Source of the DNA: Promethearchaeota archaeon | GTDB lineage: Archaea > Asgardarchaeota > Lokiarchaeia > Sigyniarchaeales > SOKP01 | Direction of reading: 5' to 3' | NCBI GenBank assembly: GCA_016839705.1 | Contig: JAEOTR010000062.1 | Location: 38,365 to 102,364 of the forward strand | DNA: 64,000 nt | Notes under the pieces: model-generated | Database searches by the model: none | The model's input: the letters and a program-made list of their open reading frames with translations, nothing else | Told to the model about the DNA's origin: nothing | Made by a program: the position numbers and the translations under genes | Part shown: piece after piece, positions 9,426-18,945 of the stretch | How positions within the stretch are numbered: the stretch's first letter is position 1 | Layout of the letters: every line of letters starts with the position of its first letter

Positions 9426-10289
9426 GTGGAAAACGGAATAATGGTAGAATATGAAACATTAAAAGTGCAAGAACGGGAAGATGGTATTTCCATTATAACC
9501 TTTAACAGACCTCATAGGTTAAATGCAATTAACTTCCAGTTTGTAGAAGATTTGCAAGATTATCTCAGTATTTTAGAAAATAACCTTAGTATTCGAGTTG
9601 TAATTTTAACTGGTGAAGGCCATTCGTTCTGTTCTGGTTTTGATTTAAAGGATGGGCAAGTTATTTTTCAAAAAAAGGTACCTGAAACAGCTCAGAAATT
9701 CGAATACCTTCAATTCAAAGACAATATTAAAAGAGCTACTATCGTTCAGAAGTTAGTCTCTCAGTTAATGGTAAACCTTAAGAGAATTCCCCAACCCGTT
9801 ATAGCCGCAATAAAAGGAATTGCGTATGGTGGTGGTCTAACGTTCGCTTTGGCATCTGATATTAGGATCGCAGGAGAAAGCGCTAAATTTTGTAATGCTT
9901 TCATTAATATTGGCCTTTCTGGTGCTGATTGTGGAAGTTCTTATTGGTTACCTCGACTGATTGGATTTTCAAGGGCAGCAGAATTTATGCTTACGGGGCG
10001 AGTAATTAATGCTCAAGAGGCGGATAAAATTGGACTTGTATCAAAAATCGTACCTGATAATGAAATTCTTAATGAGGCACTTAACATCGCGAAACAGATA
10101 TTAAGTAAAAACCAGTTAGGTATAAGATTAACAAAAGATGCTCTAAATATGAATGTTGATGCTCCCTCACTCGAAGCTGCTACAAAATTAGAAAATAGAA
10201 CTCAAGTCATATGTGTAAATGCAGAAGATGCTCTTGAGGGTGTTTTTGCTACACTTGAAAAAAGAAAACCAGCCTATGATAAATGGTAA
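9426..10289 (+). CDS. Enoyl-CoA hydratase/isomerase (crotonase family)
   Basis: NRPHRLNAI, FCSGFDLK, PVIAAIKGIAYGGG, ASDIRIA; start could be ATG 9441. Confidence 0.92.
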   Translation: MENGIMVEYETLKVQEREDGISIITFNRPHRLNAINFQFVEDLQDYLSILENNLSIRVVILTGEGHSFCSGFDLKDGQVIFQKKVPETAQKFEYLQFKDNIKRATIVQKLVSQLMVNLKRIPQPVIAAIKGIAYGGGLTFALASDIRIAGESAKFCNAFINIGLSGADCGSSYWLPRLIGFSRAAEFMLTGRVINAQEADKIGLVSKIVPDNEILNEALNIAKQILSKNQLGIRLTKDALNMNVDAPSLEAATKLENRTQVICVNAEDALEGVFATLEKRKPAYDKW

Positions 10290-10383
10290 TAACTCGATTG
10301 TCGAAAATTAATATAATTAAGATTTGATTTTTATTTTTAAACTCATTTTTCTCTATTTTTTCATTCTTTGGGTAGATAAGTTT

Positions 10384-10399
10384 ATGAGTAATCGCTCAC
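10384..10399. promoter_or_regulatory. Candidate TetR operator ATGAG-N6-CTCAC
   Basis: Same palindrome as at 11785-11810 and 11817-11832; directly upstream of the probable TetR start. Confidence 0.5.
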
Positions 10400-10413
10400 T
10401 TATTATTCATACT

Positions 10414-11028
10414 ATGCAAGATAAAAAATTTACGCGAAATAAGCAAGAAAAAATAGAGAAAATTTATGATGTCTTTTTTGATCTTGTATTGAAGAGAGGA
10501 TATGATAAAACGAGTACAAATAATGTCGCAGAAGCCGCAGGGTTAAGCATAGGGACCGTTTACAGATATTTTCCAGAAGGAAAAAAAGATATCATTAGAA
10601 AATATTTTGAAAAATCTGTTGAAACAACCATGGAAATTGAAGATTTTAAGAACCTTGACCCAAATAATATACCTTCTGCTTTCCGAGGTTTTATTTCAAA
10701 TTTACTTAGAAATAACTATGCCAGTAAAGGTTATAGCCTTGCATTTAGATCAGCTATTTTATCAGACCACAATCTTTTAGATGCTCATAATAAGAGAGTT
10801 TTTGATATATCTAAAGGTTTTGCGAAGACTCTTATGAAATCAAATGAATTCTTCAAATCTAGAGAAGAAGAAAGACTTATTAGGGGTTTTATTTTTATTT
10901 ACAATCTCTCAAATGCAATCATTTATCACCACATCTTTTTCATGAAATTTTTTGAAAAAGACGAAGATTTAATTGACTATCTTTCAAATCTAATGTTCTT
11001 TACAATTCAAACTTTGTCAAAAATGTAA
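10414..11028 (+). CDS. TetR/AcrR family transcriptional regulator
   Basis: GYDKTSTNNVAEAAGLSIGTVYRYF HTH; start at 10414 preferred (alternatives 10384, 10324). Confidence 0.9.
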   Translation: MQDKKFTRNKQEKIEKIYDVFFDLVLKRGYDKTSTNNVAEAAGLSIGTVYRYFPEGKKDIIRKYFEKSVETTMEIEDFKNLDPNNIPSAFRGFISNLLRNNYASKGYSLAFRSAILSDHNLLDAHNKRVFDISKGFAKTLMKSNEFFKSREEERLIRGFIFIYNLSNAIIYHHIFFMKFFEKDEDLIDYLSNLMFFTIQTLSKM

Positions 11029-11075
11029 AGTATCAATACAGATTTTGAAGAAAAATAAAAAAAAAGAATAAAACA

Positions 11076-11750
11076 CTATTTTGATTTTTGGATGTAATAA
11101 CCATGCATTACAAGCCACGCCATTATTACAAAATAAGCTAACCATTCGAGTACTATTGCTACGTACCTGAAGCCTTCGAAGATAATTTCAGAGATTTCAA
11201 AGGTTAGAAACATAACATAACTAACAACCACGATAATACCCAAAACAGGTAAATATTTTGGTATGTTCTTCATTCTCAATTCTAACCTTGACACGTTTAC
11301 TTGAATGATGACGACACTGACAAAGTAGATTAAAGATCCAAGCATGTGACCAATTCGAAATACATCATGAGGAAACACAGCCAATGCGATAGAACCGATC
11401 GCACCAAGATAAATAACCTTAGCAGTGTTTTTTAGGGTTTTATTTGATCCTCCTTCGGATTCTAGATATTTTAACAAATACAATCCAAACACCACTCGAA
11501 CTGGGGCTGAAATAATCATGCCTACTGCAAAAACTAAAGATGAATTTCTTGACGCTGCTCCTAGATCACTTATGTAGGTAGTTAGTAAACTAAAAGTAGA
11601 TTCAGAGTTACTATATAACATGGCGGCAATTGTAAGAAAAGTTACTGAGAAAATAAAACCAAAATATGCTACAAGACTCCCATTTACTTTTTCATACCAA
11701 TTACTTAATTTTTCACTATTTTTTCCTTCCCATAATTCTGTTGTTTCCAT
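11076..11750 (-). CDS. DUF998-like membrane protein
   Basis: TTYISDLG motif, HMLGS, 5-6 TM helices. Confidence 0.7.
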   Translation of the reverse strand: METTELWEGKNSEKLSNWYEKVNGSLVAYFGFIFSVTFLTIAAMLYSNSESTFSLLTTYISDLGAASRNSSLVFAVGMIISAPVRVVFGLYLLKYLESEGGSNKTLKNTAKVIYLGAIGSIALAVFPHDVFRIGHMLGSLIYFVSVVIIQVNVSRLELRMKNIPKYLPVLGIIVVVSYVMFLTFEISEIIFEGFRYVAIVLEWLAYFVIMAWLVMHGYYIQKSK

Positions 11751-11784
11751 TTGTATTACCTCATTATTAAATTTTTAAAGTTAC

Positions 11785-11832
11785 TATAAATGAGTATTTG
11801 CTCATTTATAAACTTTATGAGTTATAGCTCAT
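11785..11832. promoter_or_regulatory. Tandem palindromic operators upstream of the DUF998 gene
   Basis: TATAAATGAG-tatttg-CTCATTTATA and ATGAG-ttatag-CTCAT. Confidence 0.6.
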
Positions 11833-12051
11833 TTATTGAAAACAATATCATTAATAATCCATTACTAGTTCTGTAAGATAAACTAACATTAAATCCTACA
11901 TTAATTAGAACCTTGTTCTTATATTTCAACATTTTTAGAGTAAAAATCTAAAAATAATCTAAGAGTCCATTGAGAGTTCCCATTCTTAAACTATATATTA
12001 AATCCTATCGATATAATAATTATAAGAAAAAACAAAAAAAGTGAAAAAAAA

Positions 12052-12273
12052 ATGACCCAAGCTTATGAAAAAGTAATGGAAATGAACTGTGTTGAAGTTG
12101 AAGAGGTTAAATATTCAGAAGTTCAAAAAGCCACAGAAAATAAGGTTGATGAACTACTTGGAGAGTTAAATACAAGATATTTTGAAGAAGCAACTTCTTT
12201 GAATGAAACCAAAGAGCGAGTTCAAGCTTCTCAAAATTATTCGAATTTTAGTTTCAATACCTATGGTTTTTAA
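12052..12273 (+). CDS. Small acidic hypothetical protein
   Basis: 73-aa ORF with normal composition, followed by a T-tract. Confidence 0.65.
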   Translation: MTQAYEKVMEMNCVEVEEVKYSEVQKATENKVDELLGELNTRYFEEATSLNETKERVQASQNYSNFSFNTYGF

Positions 12274-12314
12274 TTAATTTTTTTCTCTCTTATTTTTAAG
12301 TAATTAAGTTTACC

Positions 12315-12704
12315 TTAATACAATGAATTTTCAATTATTCTATCGACTTTTTCTTTGATGTCCAATTTAGCTGCTGAAGGATCTTTTAACACAGGCTTGG
12401 TTTCAATGAAAATATTTGTACTAAGCTTCTTAATTAATGGAAAATCTGCTTCTCCCTCAATTAAAAATACAAAATAAATCGATTTTGTATCACCAAAAAG
12501 TTCCTTAGTTATAATCGTTATTTCATAATTTTCACCGTATGAGATGGTTGCAATCTCCTCCTTAAATATTTGCTTACCTATCACTCCTATAGCAGAAATT
12601 AATCCACTAAAAATTGCGGGATTTATTTCACCCAAACTCTTATCTATTTGTTTAGAATAAAAAGGATACCCTTCAGAATCACAGACTAAGATTGATTTGA
12701 TCAT
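12315..12704 (-). CDS. Stand-alone longin/roadblock-like protein
   Basis: ILVCDSEGYPFYSK...INPAIFSGLISAIGVIGKQIFKEEIATISYG pattern. Confidence 0.65.
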   Translation of the reverse strand: MIKSILVCDSEGYPFYSKQIDKSLGEINPAIFSGLISAIGVIGKQIFKEEIATISYGENYEITIITKELFGDTKSIYFVFLIEGEADFPLIKKLSTNIFIETKPVLKDPSAAKLDIKEKVDRIIENSLY

Positions 12705-12829
12705 ATAGAATTGAGACTCTAAATTTTTTTCTTTAACTTATTCAATTATATTAATAAAAATAAAAGAGTTCATCTTTTTAATTCTGGGTTTATCACCATT
12801 TATGATCTGCTTTTGAAAGAGTTATGAGT

Positions 12830-12859
12830 AAACTCCAAAATTTTAAATAATTGGAGTTT
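12830..12859. promoter_or_regulatory. Inverted repeat in divergent promoter region
   Basis: AAACTCCAA-N12-TTGGAGTTT. Confidence 0.35.
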
Positions 12860-12900
12860 CTTGTTAGAACTTAAATGATTTTTTAACCAGTTGAGTTTTT

Positions 12901-13290
12901 ATGGGAAAAGAAAAAGAAAAAGATAAGGATAAAAAAGATAAGGACAAAAAAGATAAAGACAAAGATAAAGAAAAAGATAAGGAAAAGGAAAAAGAGAAGA
13001 AAGATAAAGATAAAGACAAAGAAAAGAAAGATAAGGATAAAGATAAAGACAAGAAAGATAAATATAAATATCCGGTTGATCAAGAGTGGAAGTTAGAGGT
13101 AAGTAAAAATCTTGATGCTATAACTCATGCTTACGAAAAAATTACAAACAAGTTTAGGGATGTTGATAATTATATACTAAAAGATGCTAAAACAAAAGAA
13201 GAATTCATAGAGAAAGTTAAAAAACAAGTTGAAGAGTTGCCTGAAGCATCTCAACAGATATTTCTTTCATTTTTACAGTCTATTGAATAG
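12901..13290 (+). CDS. Protein with N-terminal alternating-charge KD/KE tract and small helical C-terminal domain
   Basis: About 52 residues of only K/D/E with synonymous codon variation, then normal sequence. Confidence 0.75.
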   Translation: MGKEKEKDKDKKDKDKKDKDKDKEKDKEKEKEKKDKDKDKEKKDKDKDKDKKDKYKYPVDQEWKLEVSKNLDAITHAYEKITNKFRDVDNYILKDAKTKEEFIEKVKKQVEELPEASQQIFLSFLQSIE

Positions 13291-13380
13291 CAGATTAATA
13301 CTTTTTCTTTTTTTATTTATGTTCGAATCATCGAAATGGGAGATTGTTTCAAAACAATAAAAATAAACTATGGTTATTGG

Positions 13381-14610
13381 TTAAAAATAATTATCTTCTT
13401 CAGATTCATTTTTTTCTAGTTCTTTTTCATCTTCTTCCTTTTTCCTCTCTGATATTAGTCTAGTCTCATAAGTTGGCTTTGGTTCAGGTTCTGGAGTAGG
13501 TTCTGGAGTAGGTTCTGGAGTAGGTTCTGGAGTAGGTTCATAGACTGGTTGTGGTTCTGGTTCCGATTCAGGAATAGGCTCATAGATTGGTTGTGGTTCT
13601 GGTTCCAGTTTTGGTTCAGGAATAGGTTCATAGACTGGTTGTGGTTTTGGTTCCGATTCAGGAATAGGCTCATAGACTGGTTGTGATTCTGGTTCTGGTT
13701 CAGGAATAGGTTCATAGACTGGTTGTGGTTCTGGTTCCGGTTCTGGAGTAGGCTCATAGACTGGTTGTGGTTCTGGTTCTGGTTCTGGAGTAGGCTCATA
13801 GACTGGTTGTGGTTCTGGTTCCGGTTCTGGTTCAGGAATAGGTTCATAAAATGGTTGTGGTTCTGGTTCTGGTTCTGGAGTAGGCTCATAGACTGGTTGT
13901 GGTTCTGGTTCCGGTTCTGGTTCAGGAATAGGTTCATAGACTGGTTGTGGTTCTGGTTCCAGTTTTGGTTCAGGAATAGGTTCATAGACTGGTTGTGGTT
14001 TTGGTTCCGATTCAGGAATAGGCTCATAGACTGGTTGTGGTTCTGGTTCCGGTTCTGGTTCAGGAATAGGTTCATAAAATGGTTGTGGTTCTGGTTCTGG
14101 TTCTGGTTCAGGAATAGGTTCATAGACTGGTTGTGGTTCTGGTTCCGGTTCAGGAGTGGGTTCAAACTCTTTTATTGCTTTTGATTTTTTTTTTATCGGT
14201 TTTTTATCTATGGCACTAACCTGTAGTATTGTAAAAGGATTATTTTCAGGATTTAACATCTCAGGGCCTAAAAATATCATTTTAGGTTTAACTTTCTTTT
14301 TATTAATTCTTAATTCTAGTGTAAAATTACCCGGAGTTAGGAAATCTAAACCATCAACCTGATTTTTTAACGTAGTTTTCCATTCAATTACGTTATTTTC
14401 TATTTCGTTAATATTATCTCCAGTTTCAAGGTTAAGTTTTCTCGTGATTTTTAATTTATTTTGGCAACTTATTTTACCTTGGGCTGTATACTCTTTACTT
14501 CCTGCAGTAGTCCATCTTAAGTGAAAGCCATCTAATTGTTTCCATAAGGCATAGCCTAAGAATTGTCCGGAATCGACTTTCAAACGTCCCTTAATATTTT
14601 TTACATTCAT
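13381..14610 (-). CDS. Protein with N-terminal beta-rich domain and long (EP)nQPVYEPIP repeat tract
   Basis: Globular N-terminus ([17 protein letters not shown]...VDGLDF), >200-aa Pro/Glu repeat region, acidic tail. Confidence 0.8.
   Translation of the reverse strand: MNVKNIKGRLKVDSGQFLGYALWKQLDGFHLRWTTAGSKEYTAQGKISCQNKLKITRKLNLETGDNINEIENNVIEWKTTLKNQVDGLDFLTPGNFTLELRINKKKVKPKMIFLGPEMLNPENNPFTILQVSAIDKKPIKKKSKAIKEFEPTPEPEPEPQPVYEPIPEPEPEPEPQPFYEPIPEPEPEPEPQPVYEPIPESEPKPQPVYEPIPEPKLEPEPQPVYEPIPEPEPEPEPQPVYEPTPEPEPEPQPFYEPIPEPEPEPEPQPVYEPTPEPEPEPQPVYEPTPEPEPEPQPVYEPIPEPEPESQPVYEPIPESEPKPQPVYEPIPEPKLEPEPQPIYEPIPESEPEPQPVYEPTPEPTPEPTPEPTPEPEPKPTYETRLISERKKEEDEKELEKNESEEDNYF
13480..14165 (-). repeat. 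Coding minisatellite of 36-42 bp units encoding (PE)2-3PQPVYEP(I/T)
   Basis: Recurrent ggttcatagactggttgtggttctggtt; variant blocks ([21 protein letters not shown]) each occur twice, indicating higher-order duplication. Confidence 0.9.
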
Positions 14611-14790
14611 AATTTATCTATAAATATTTTTATATTTGTGTCTATAAATTACGAAACAATATGTTGATATATATGTTTATATCCTTCTGAAACCTAAGAT
14701 TGAACTCTAAAAGAGTATGAATCAATAAGGCATAGATAATAACGGAAAGATAATCGAAGATATCTTTTTTGTTATTTTAATTTAAAAAAC

Positions 14791-15600
14791 TTATTTCCTT
14801 TGAGACTTTAAATCTTGAGGTGTAATTTCTGGATGGTGATACCTTTGTGTATTTTTAGTTTCAGTACCAAATTGAATGGATTTCTCAGGGCAATAATTAA
14901 TACAAGCTAAACAAAGTTGACATCTATGCTGCCATTGAGGTTCCCCTTCAACTAAGATTATATTATTAACAGGGCAAACTTCCTCACATATTCCGCAACT
15001 AGTACAATTATCATCAATATAAAATGATTCATCTCTTAAATTAACCTTTTCTCTAAAATTGGCATTAAATTTTTCAGTCTGGTATTTTCCCTCATAAAGT
15101 AAAAATTCTCTTTTCAGAATGTCTGGATCAAGGTTACTTTCTTCATTCTTGATCATTTCAGAAATAACTTCGACTTGCTGAGATGCTTTTTCAAAAAGCA
15201 AATTTTGACGGTCTTCTGGAGTAGTTTTATATGCGATGATGTAGTTAGTTGGCATGACGATTATGTATCCTAAATGAAGCTTTTTAGATTTTGTATTTAA
15301 AATTCTTTCTAACTGCTGAAAGGGGAACTCTGTGGTACCTCCCGCACTCGCTATAACCGTAAAAAAATAGCGGGGTTTACTAAGATCAATTTTAATTACA
15401 AAATCATAGACAATTTTAGGTAACCCTGAATAATAAAGGGGAAAAATAAAGCCAACTTTTTCACTTGTCACCGACAACGTCTCTTCTTTCCATATTTTAG
15501 CAATGGGTGTGAGTTCACAGTCTTCTAACATATCACAAATATCCCTTGCGATTTTTAATGAATTACCTGTTCCTGTAAAATAATAGATTGTAGTTTTCAT
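14791..15600 (-). CDS. EFR1-family flavodoxin-ferredoxin fusion
   Basis: YYFTGTGNS flavodoxin motif; CTSCGICEEVCP and CQLCLACINYCP 4Fe-4S motifs; RYHHP. Confidence 0.9.
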   Translation of the reverse strand: MKTTIYYFTGTGNSLKIARDICDMLEDCELTPIAKIWKEETLSVTSEKVGFIFPLYYSGLPKIVYDFVIKIDLSKPRYFFTVIASAGGTTEFPFQQLERILNTKSKKLHLGYIIVMPTNYIIAYKTTPEDRQNLLFEKASQQVEVISEMIKNEESNLDPDILKREFLLYEGKYQTEKFNANFREKVNLRDESFYIDDNCTSCGICEEVCPVNNIILVEGEPQWQHRCQLCLACINYCPEKSIQFGTETKNTQRYHHPEITPQDLKSQRK

Positions 15601-15657
15601 AAAAAACCTACCTTAATAGATCGTAATAATTTACAAGTACTTTTTAATCAGTTCCTA

Positions 15658-15810
15658 TCACACAGGCGTTAGATTAAAAATCCATTTCACTTTACATTGA
15701 CGGGAACAGAAAAATCGTTTTTCTGGTTTTTGAGCTATGTTGATATGATGATGCTCTTTGTTCCATTTATTACTCACGATGTCTTTTCCGCAGTTTTCGC
15801 ATACAGGCAT
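15658..15810 (-). CDS. 50-aa TRASH/YHS-like zinc-finger microprotein
   Basis: Below ORF-track cutoff: MPVCENCGKDIVSNKWNKEHHHINIAQKPEKRFFCSRQCKVKWIFNLTPV. Confidence 0.7.
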   Translation of the reverse strand: MPVCENCGKDIVSNKWNKEHHHINIAQKPEKRFFCSRQCKVKWIFNLTPV

Positions 15811-15965
15811 TATTTAAATTTTCTTCTTGTCTTACTTATATAAAATAGTCTAATTTTTATAATGCCTTATTGGTAAATATGGTTTTCGGATTTTAATCTA
15901 AATTTTTATAGTTTATACAAAATTACAAAAAGTAATTAAAGTGTATCAGATCAAAAGTTAATCTT

Positions 15966-17705
15966 ATGACGATTTTATTAAATCCTAAAGAGCATAACCG
16001 CTATTACCCCGATGAAAATTCGAGACATATAATGCTAAAAACCATTGAATTCTTCGAAAAGAAAGGTAAAGCTAAAATAAAAGAGGATGATAGGAAAAGA
16101 GTGTGGTATTCCGATTTCATCGAGTTTCAGAAACAACACGAGATTTTTGCCCAACTTTTAACTCCCGAACCTTTTGGAAAAAATGAAAATTATCGCTGGG
16201 ATACCTGGCGGATATGCGAATTTAATGAAATTCTTGGTTTTTATGGTCTAGGTTATTGGTATACCTGGCAGGTTTCAATTTTAGGTCTTGGACCAATATG
16301 GATGAGCAAAAATGAAGAGATTAAGAAAAAAGCTGCCCGTTTACTTAGAGAAGGCGCTATCTTTGCATTTGGTCTTTCAGAAAAAGCTCATGGAGCAGAT
16401 ATCTATGCAACGGAGATGTCACTTACACTACAAGAAGATGAAACATATAGGGCTAATGGAGAGAAATATTACATTGGTAATGGTAATGAGGCAGAAATGG
16501 TTTCAAATTTTGGTAAACTTGCAGATATAGATGGAAACATCCCTCATTATGACATGAAAAACAAGGATCAGTATGTGTTTTTTGTAGCTAATTATAAACA
16601 CAAAAATTATGAATTGATAAAAAATGTAGTTGATAGTCAAAACTTCGTTGCTCATTTTGCGCTCCATGATTATCCTATTACAGAAGAAGAAATCCTTTCG
16701 AAAGGTGAAAATGCTTGGAATGCGGCGTTGAATACTGTAAATGTCGGTAAGTATAATCTAGGATGGGCTTCAATTGGGATTTGTACTCATGCATTCTATG
16801 AATCTATTCATCATGCTGCGCATCGTAGATTATATAATATGTACGTTACTGATTTTCAACATGTGAAACAGAGCTTTGTAGATGCGTATACACGTTTGAT
16901 AGCAATGAAGTTATTCGGATTAAGAACTGCTGATTACATGCGGGTTGCTTCTAAAAAAGACCGGCGATACTTGCTTTATGCTCCTGTAATGAAAATGAAA
17001 ACTACAACCCAAGGTGAAGAAGTTATTAATCTCTTATGGGATGTCATCGCAGCAAAAGGTTTCGAAAAAAACATGTACTTTGAAAGCGCAGCAAGAGATA
17101 TTCGTGCTTTACCAAAGCTCGAGGGAACTGTTCACGTTAATATCGCCTTAATTTTAAAATTCATGATAAACTTCTTTATGAATCATAAAAACTATGAGGA
17201 AGTCCCCCGACAAGATCAAGCAGGAAATGATGCATTTCTATTCAATCAAGGTCCAACTAGTGGGTTGGGACGCGTTCGTCTTCATGATTGGAAACCTGCA
17301 TTTGAAAAGTACGACTTACCCAATGTTAAAATTTTCGTGGAACAAATAAAATTATTTAACCAACTTGGCACTAGAGCAATGCCCAGTATTGAACAACAAA
17401 ATGACATGGATTTCATGCTTTCTGGGATTGGTCAAATTTTTGCTCTAATAGTTTATGCTCATCTTATTATTGAAAATGCCCCCATCTATAATATTGATGA
17501 TGATACTTTAGATCAAATTTTCGATTTTCTTGTACGAGATTTCTCAACATTTGCTTTAAATCTCTATAACAAATCGAGTATCACAGCTCCTCAGATGGAA
17601 TATTGCATTCAAATGATTAAGAAACCTAATGTTGATGAGGAAAGATTCTTGAAAGTCTGGAACCTCGTACATTCCTTAAAAGATGCTTATCAAATGAATC
17701 CTTAG
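15966..17705 (+). CDS. Acyl-CoA dehydrogenase
   Basis: AFGLSEKAHGAD, ANGEKYYIGNGN, ALNTVNVGKYNLG, RALPKLEGTVHVN. Confidence 0.9.
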   Translation: MTILLNPKEHNRYYPDENSRHIMLKTIEFFEKKGKAKIKEDDRKRVWYSDFIEFQKQHEIFAQLLTPEPFGKNENYRWDTWRICEFNEILGFYGLGYWYTWQVSILGLGPIWMSKNEEIKKKAARLLREGAIFAFGLSEKAHGADIYATEMSLTLQEDETYRANGEKYYIGNGNEAEMVSNFGKLADIDGNIPHYDMKNKDQYVFFVANYKHKNYELIKNVVDSQNFVAHFALHDYPITEEEILSKGENAWNAALNTVNVGKYNLGWASIGICTHAFYESIHHAAHRRLYNMYVTDFQHVKQSFVDAYTRLIAMKLFGLRTADYMRVASKKDRRYLLYAPVMKMKTTTQGEEVINLLWDVIAAKGFEKNMYFESAARDIRALPKLEGTVHVNIALILKFMINFFMNHKNYEEVPRQDQAGNDAFLFNQGPTSGLGRVRLHDWKPAFEKYDLPNVKIFVEQIKLFNQLGTRAMPSIEQQNDMDFMLSGIGQIFALIVYAHLIIENAPIYNIDDDTLDQIFDFLVRDFSTFALNLYNKSSITAPQMEYCIQMIKKPNVDEERFLKVWNLVHSLKDAYQMNP

Positions 17706-17827
17706 TAATATTGTTAAAGAAAATAATAACTAAAAATAGATAAAAAATAAGAGGAAAAGTAAAAATTTTGTCAGTTGGATTTAGAGATACTTAATCACAA
17801 ATTGATTTTTACACGCCAATCATTAAG

Positions 17828-17977
17828 CTAATTTTCTTCCTCCTCATCCCACATATCATAATCTTCGGTTTCATCCCATTCATCGTCTTCATCATACGGA
17901 ATATCTTCGTTTGCGTAATCATCCCATTCATCATCAAACTGATTTCTCCTATTTCCATCATAATTGTATCGGTTCAT
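17828..17977 (-). CDS. 49-aa acidic Trp/Tyr-rich microprotein
   Basis: MNRYNYDGNRRNQFDDEWDDYANEDIPYDEDDEWDETEDYDMWDEEEEN; RBS ggagg just upstream. Confidence 0.7.
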   Translation of the reverse strand: MNRYNYDGNRRNQFDDEWDDYANEDIPYDEDDEWDETEDYDMWDEEEEN

Positions 17978-18302
17978 TTTTACTTCCTCCATATTATCTT
18001 TTATTAAATATAATTGTATTTATGGTATATTATCAATTATATCATATACTTATACTAGTATTTAAACCTTACTAATGAAAGTTGATATCACTAATGTTAT
18101 TCTCTTCTATACCATATCTCGTTAGTATATGAGTAATGGTTTGATATCATTTAGATCAGAACCACTTGGATGAAACTCTCTAATGGAATTATAGAAATTA
18201 GTAACTAAAACAAAAATATCTCTCAATAAAAATCTCAAAATATTATTAAACACTCTTGAATTTAATACCTGAGACTTTATTAAAAAAATTACAATTTTTA
18301 AA

Positions 18303-18821
18303 TTAATTAGTAAGTTTTTGGATGAATAATGAACTATCGGAAATATAGTTAGCTGACGAAGTCCCATAAACTGCTACGGTAACGTTATGCACTCCCGCTA
18401 ATAAATCATACCTTACATCTTGTAATGGTATCATGAAATTTACTGTTCCAACTCCGTTGAAAGTTCCTATTTCAGCATGCTGATCTGTATCAATTACTCC
18501 ATCTACGCGGAAATAAACCCAAATTCTAGACCAAGCTAAAGTAATCCCTTCAGTGTGAGCCCAAGCCATAAAGCTAAAATACACAGATTCATTTACTCCC
18601 AGTTCGAATTCAATAGTCAAACCAGAAAATGTTAAGTATGTGTTGGGGGGATTACATACAAAAGCAGTGTCATTTTCTTTATACCATGTAGTTTGCACAC
18701 CAAAATTTAATAGTTGGGTTTCTAAATTCGATACAGTTAACCAAGCAAAACCTCCTAACCCTATACCCCCTGCTCCTAAAATTAATCCAATTAAACCTAA
18801 TATAGCTCCACCTTTACCCAA
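18303..18821 (-). CDS. N-terminally anchored, beta-rich secreted/surface protein
   Basis: GKGGAILGLIGLILGAGGIGLG anchor; RBS ggaggt; TTG start. Confidence 0.7.
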   Translation of the reverse strand: MGKGGAILGLIGLILGAGGIGLGGFAWLTVSNLETQLLNFGVQTTWYKENDTAFVCNPPNTYLTFSGLTIEFELGVNESVYFSFMAWAHTEGITLAWSRIWVYFRVDGVIDTDQHAEIGTFNGVGTVNFMIPLQDVRYDLLAGVHNVTVAVYGTSSANYISDSSLFIQKLTN

Positions 18822-18945
18822 AATTATCTACCTCCATTAGAAATTAGATTATATGAAATTTTTTTTTGTAAAAATGTAAAAAAGATGTTAAGTTCTTTTA
18901 TCTGCTCTGCTTTAAAAATACATCTCTTCGGGCTAAAAAGGAGAG

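Noticed and set aside
12864-13083. SLSLSF-rich and FIFI-rich minus-strand ORFs
   Set aside because: Antisense shadows of the KD/KE tract
13480-14165. Possible CRISPR array
   Set aside because: No unique spacers, unit lengths are multiples of 3, the repeat is coding, and no cas genes are present
13455-14184. N/Q-rich (13455-14165, -) and W/F-rich (13723-14184, +) ORFs
   Set aside because: Alternate-frame and antisense shadows of the Pro/Glu coding repeat; only the 13381-14610 frame has non-repetitive flanking domains
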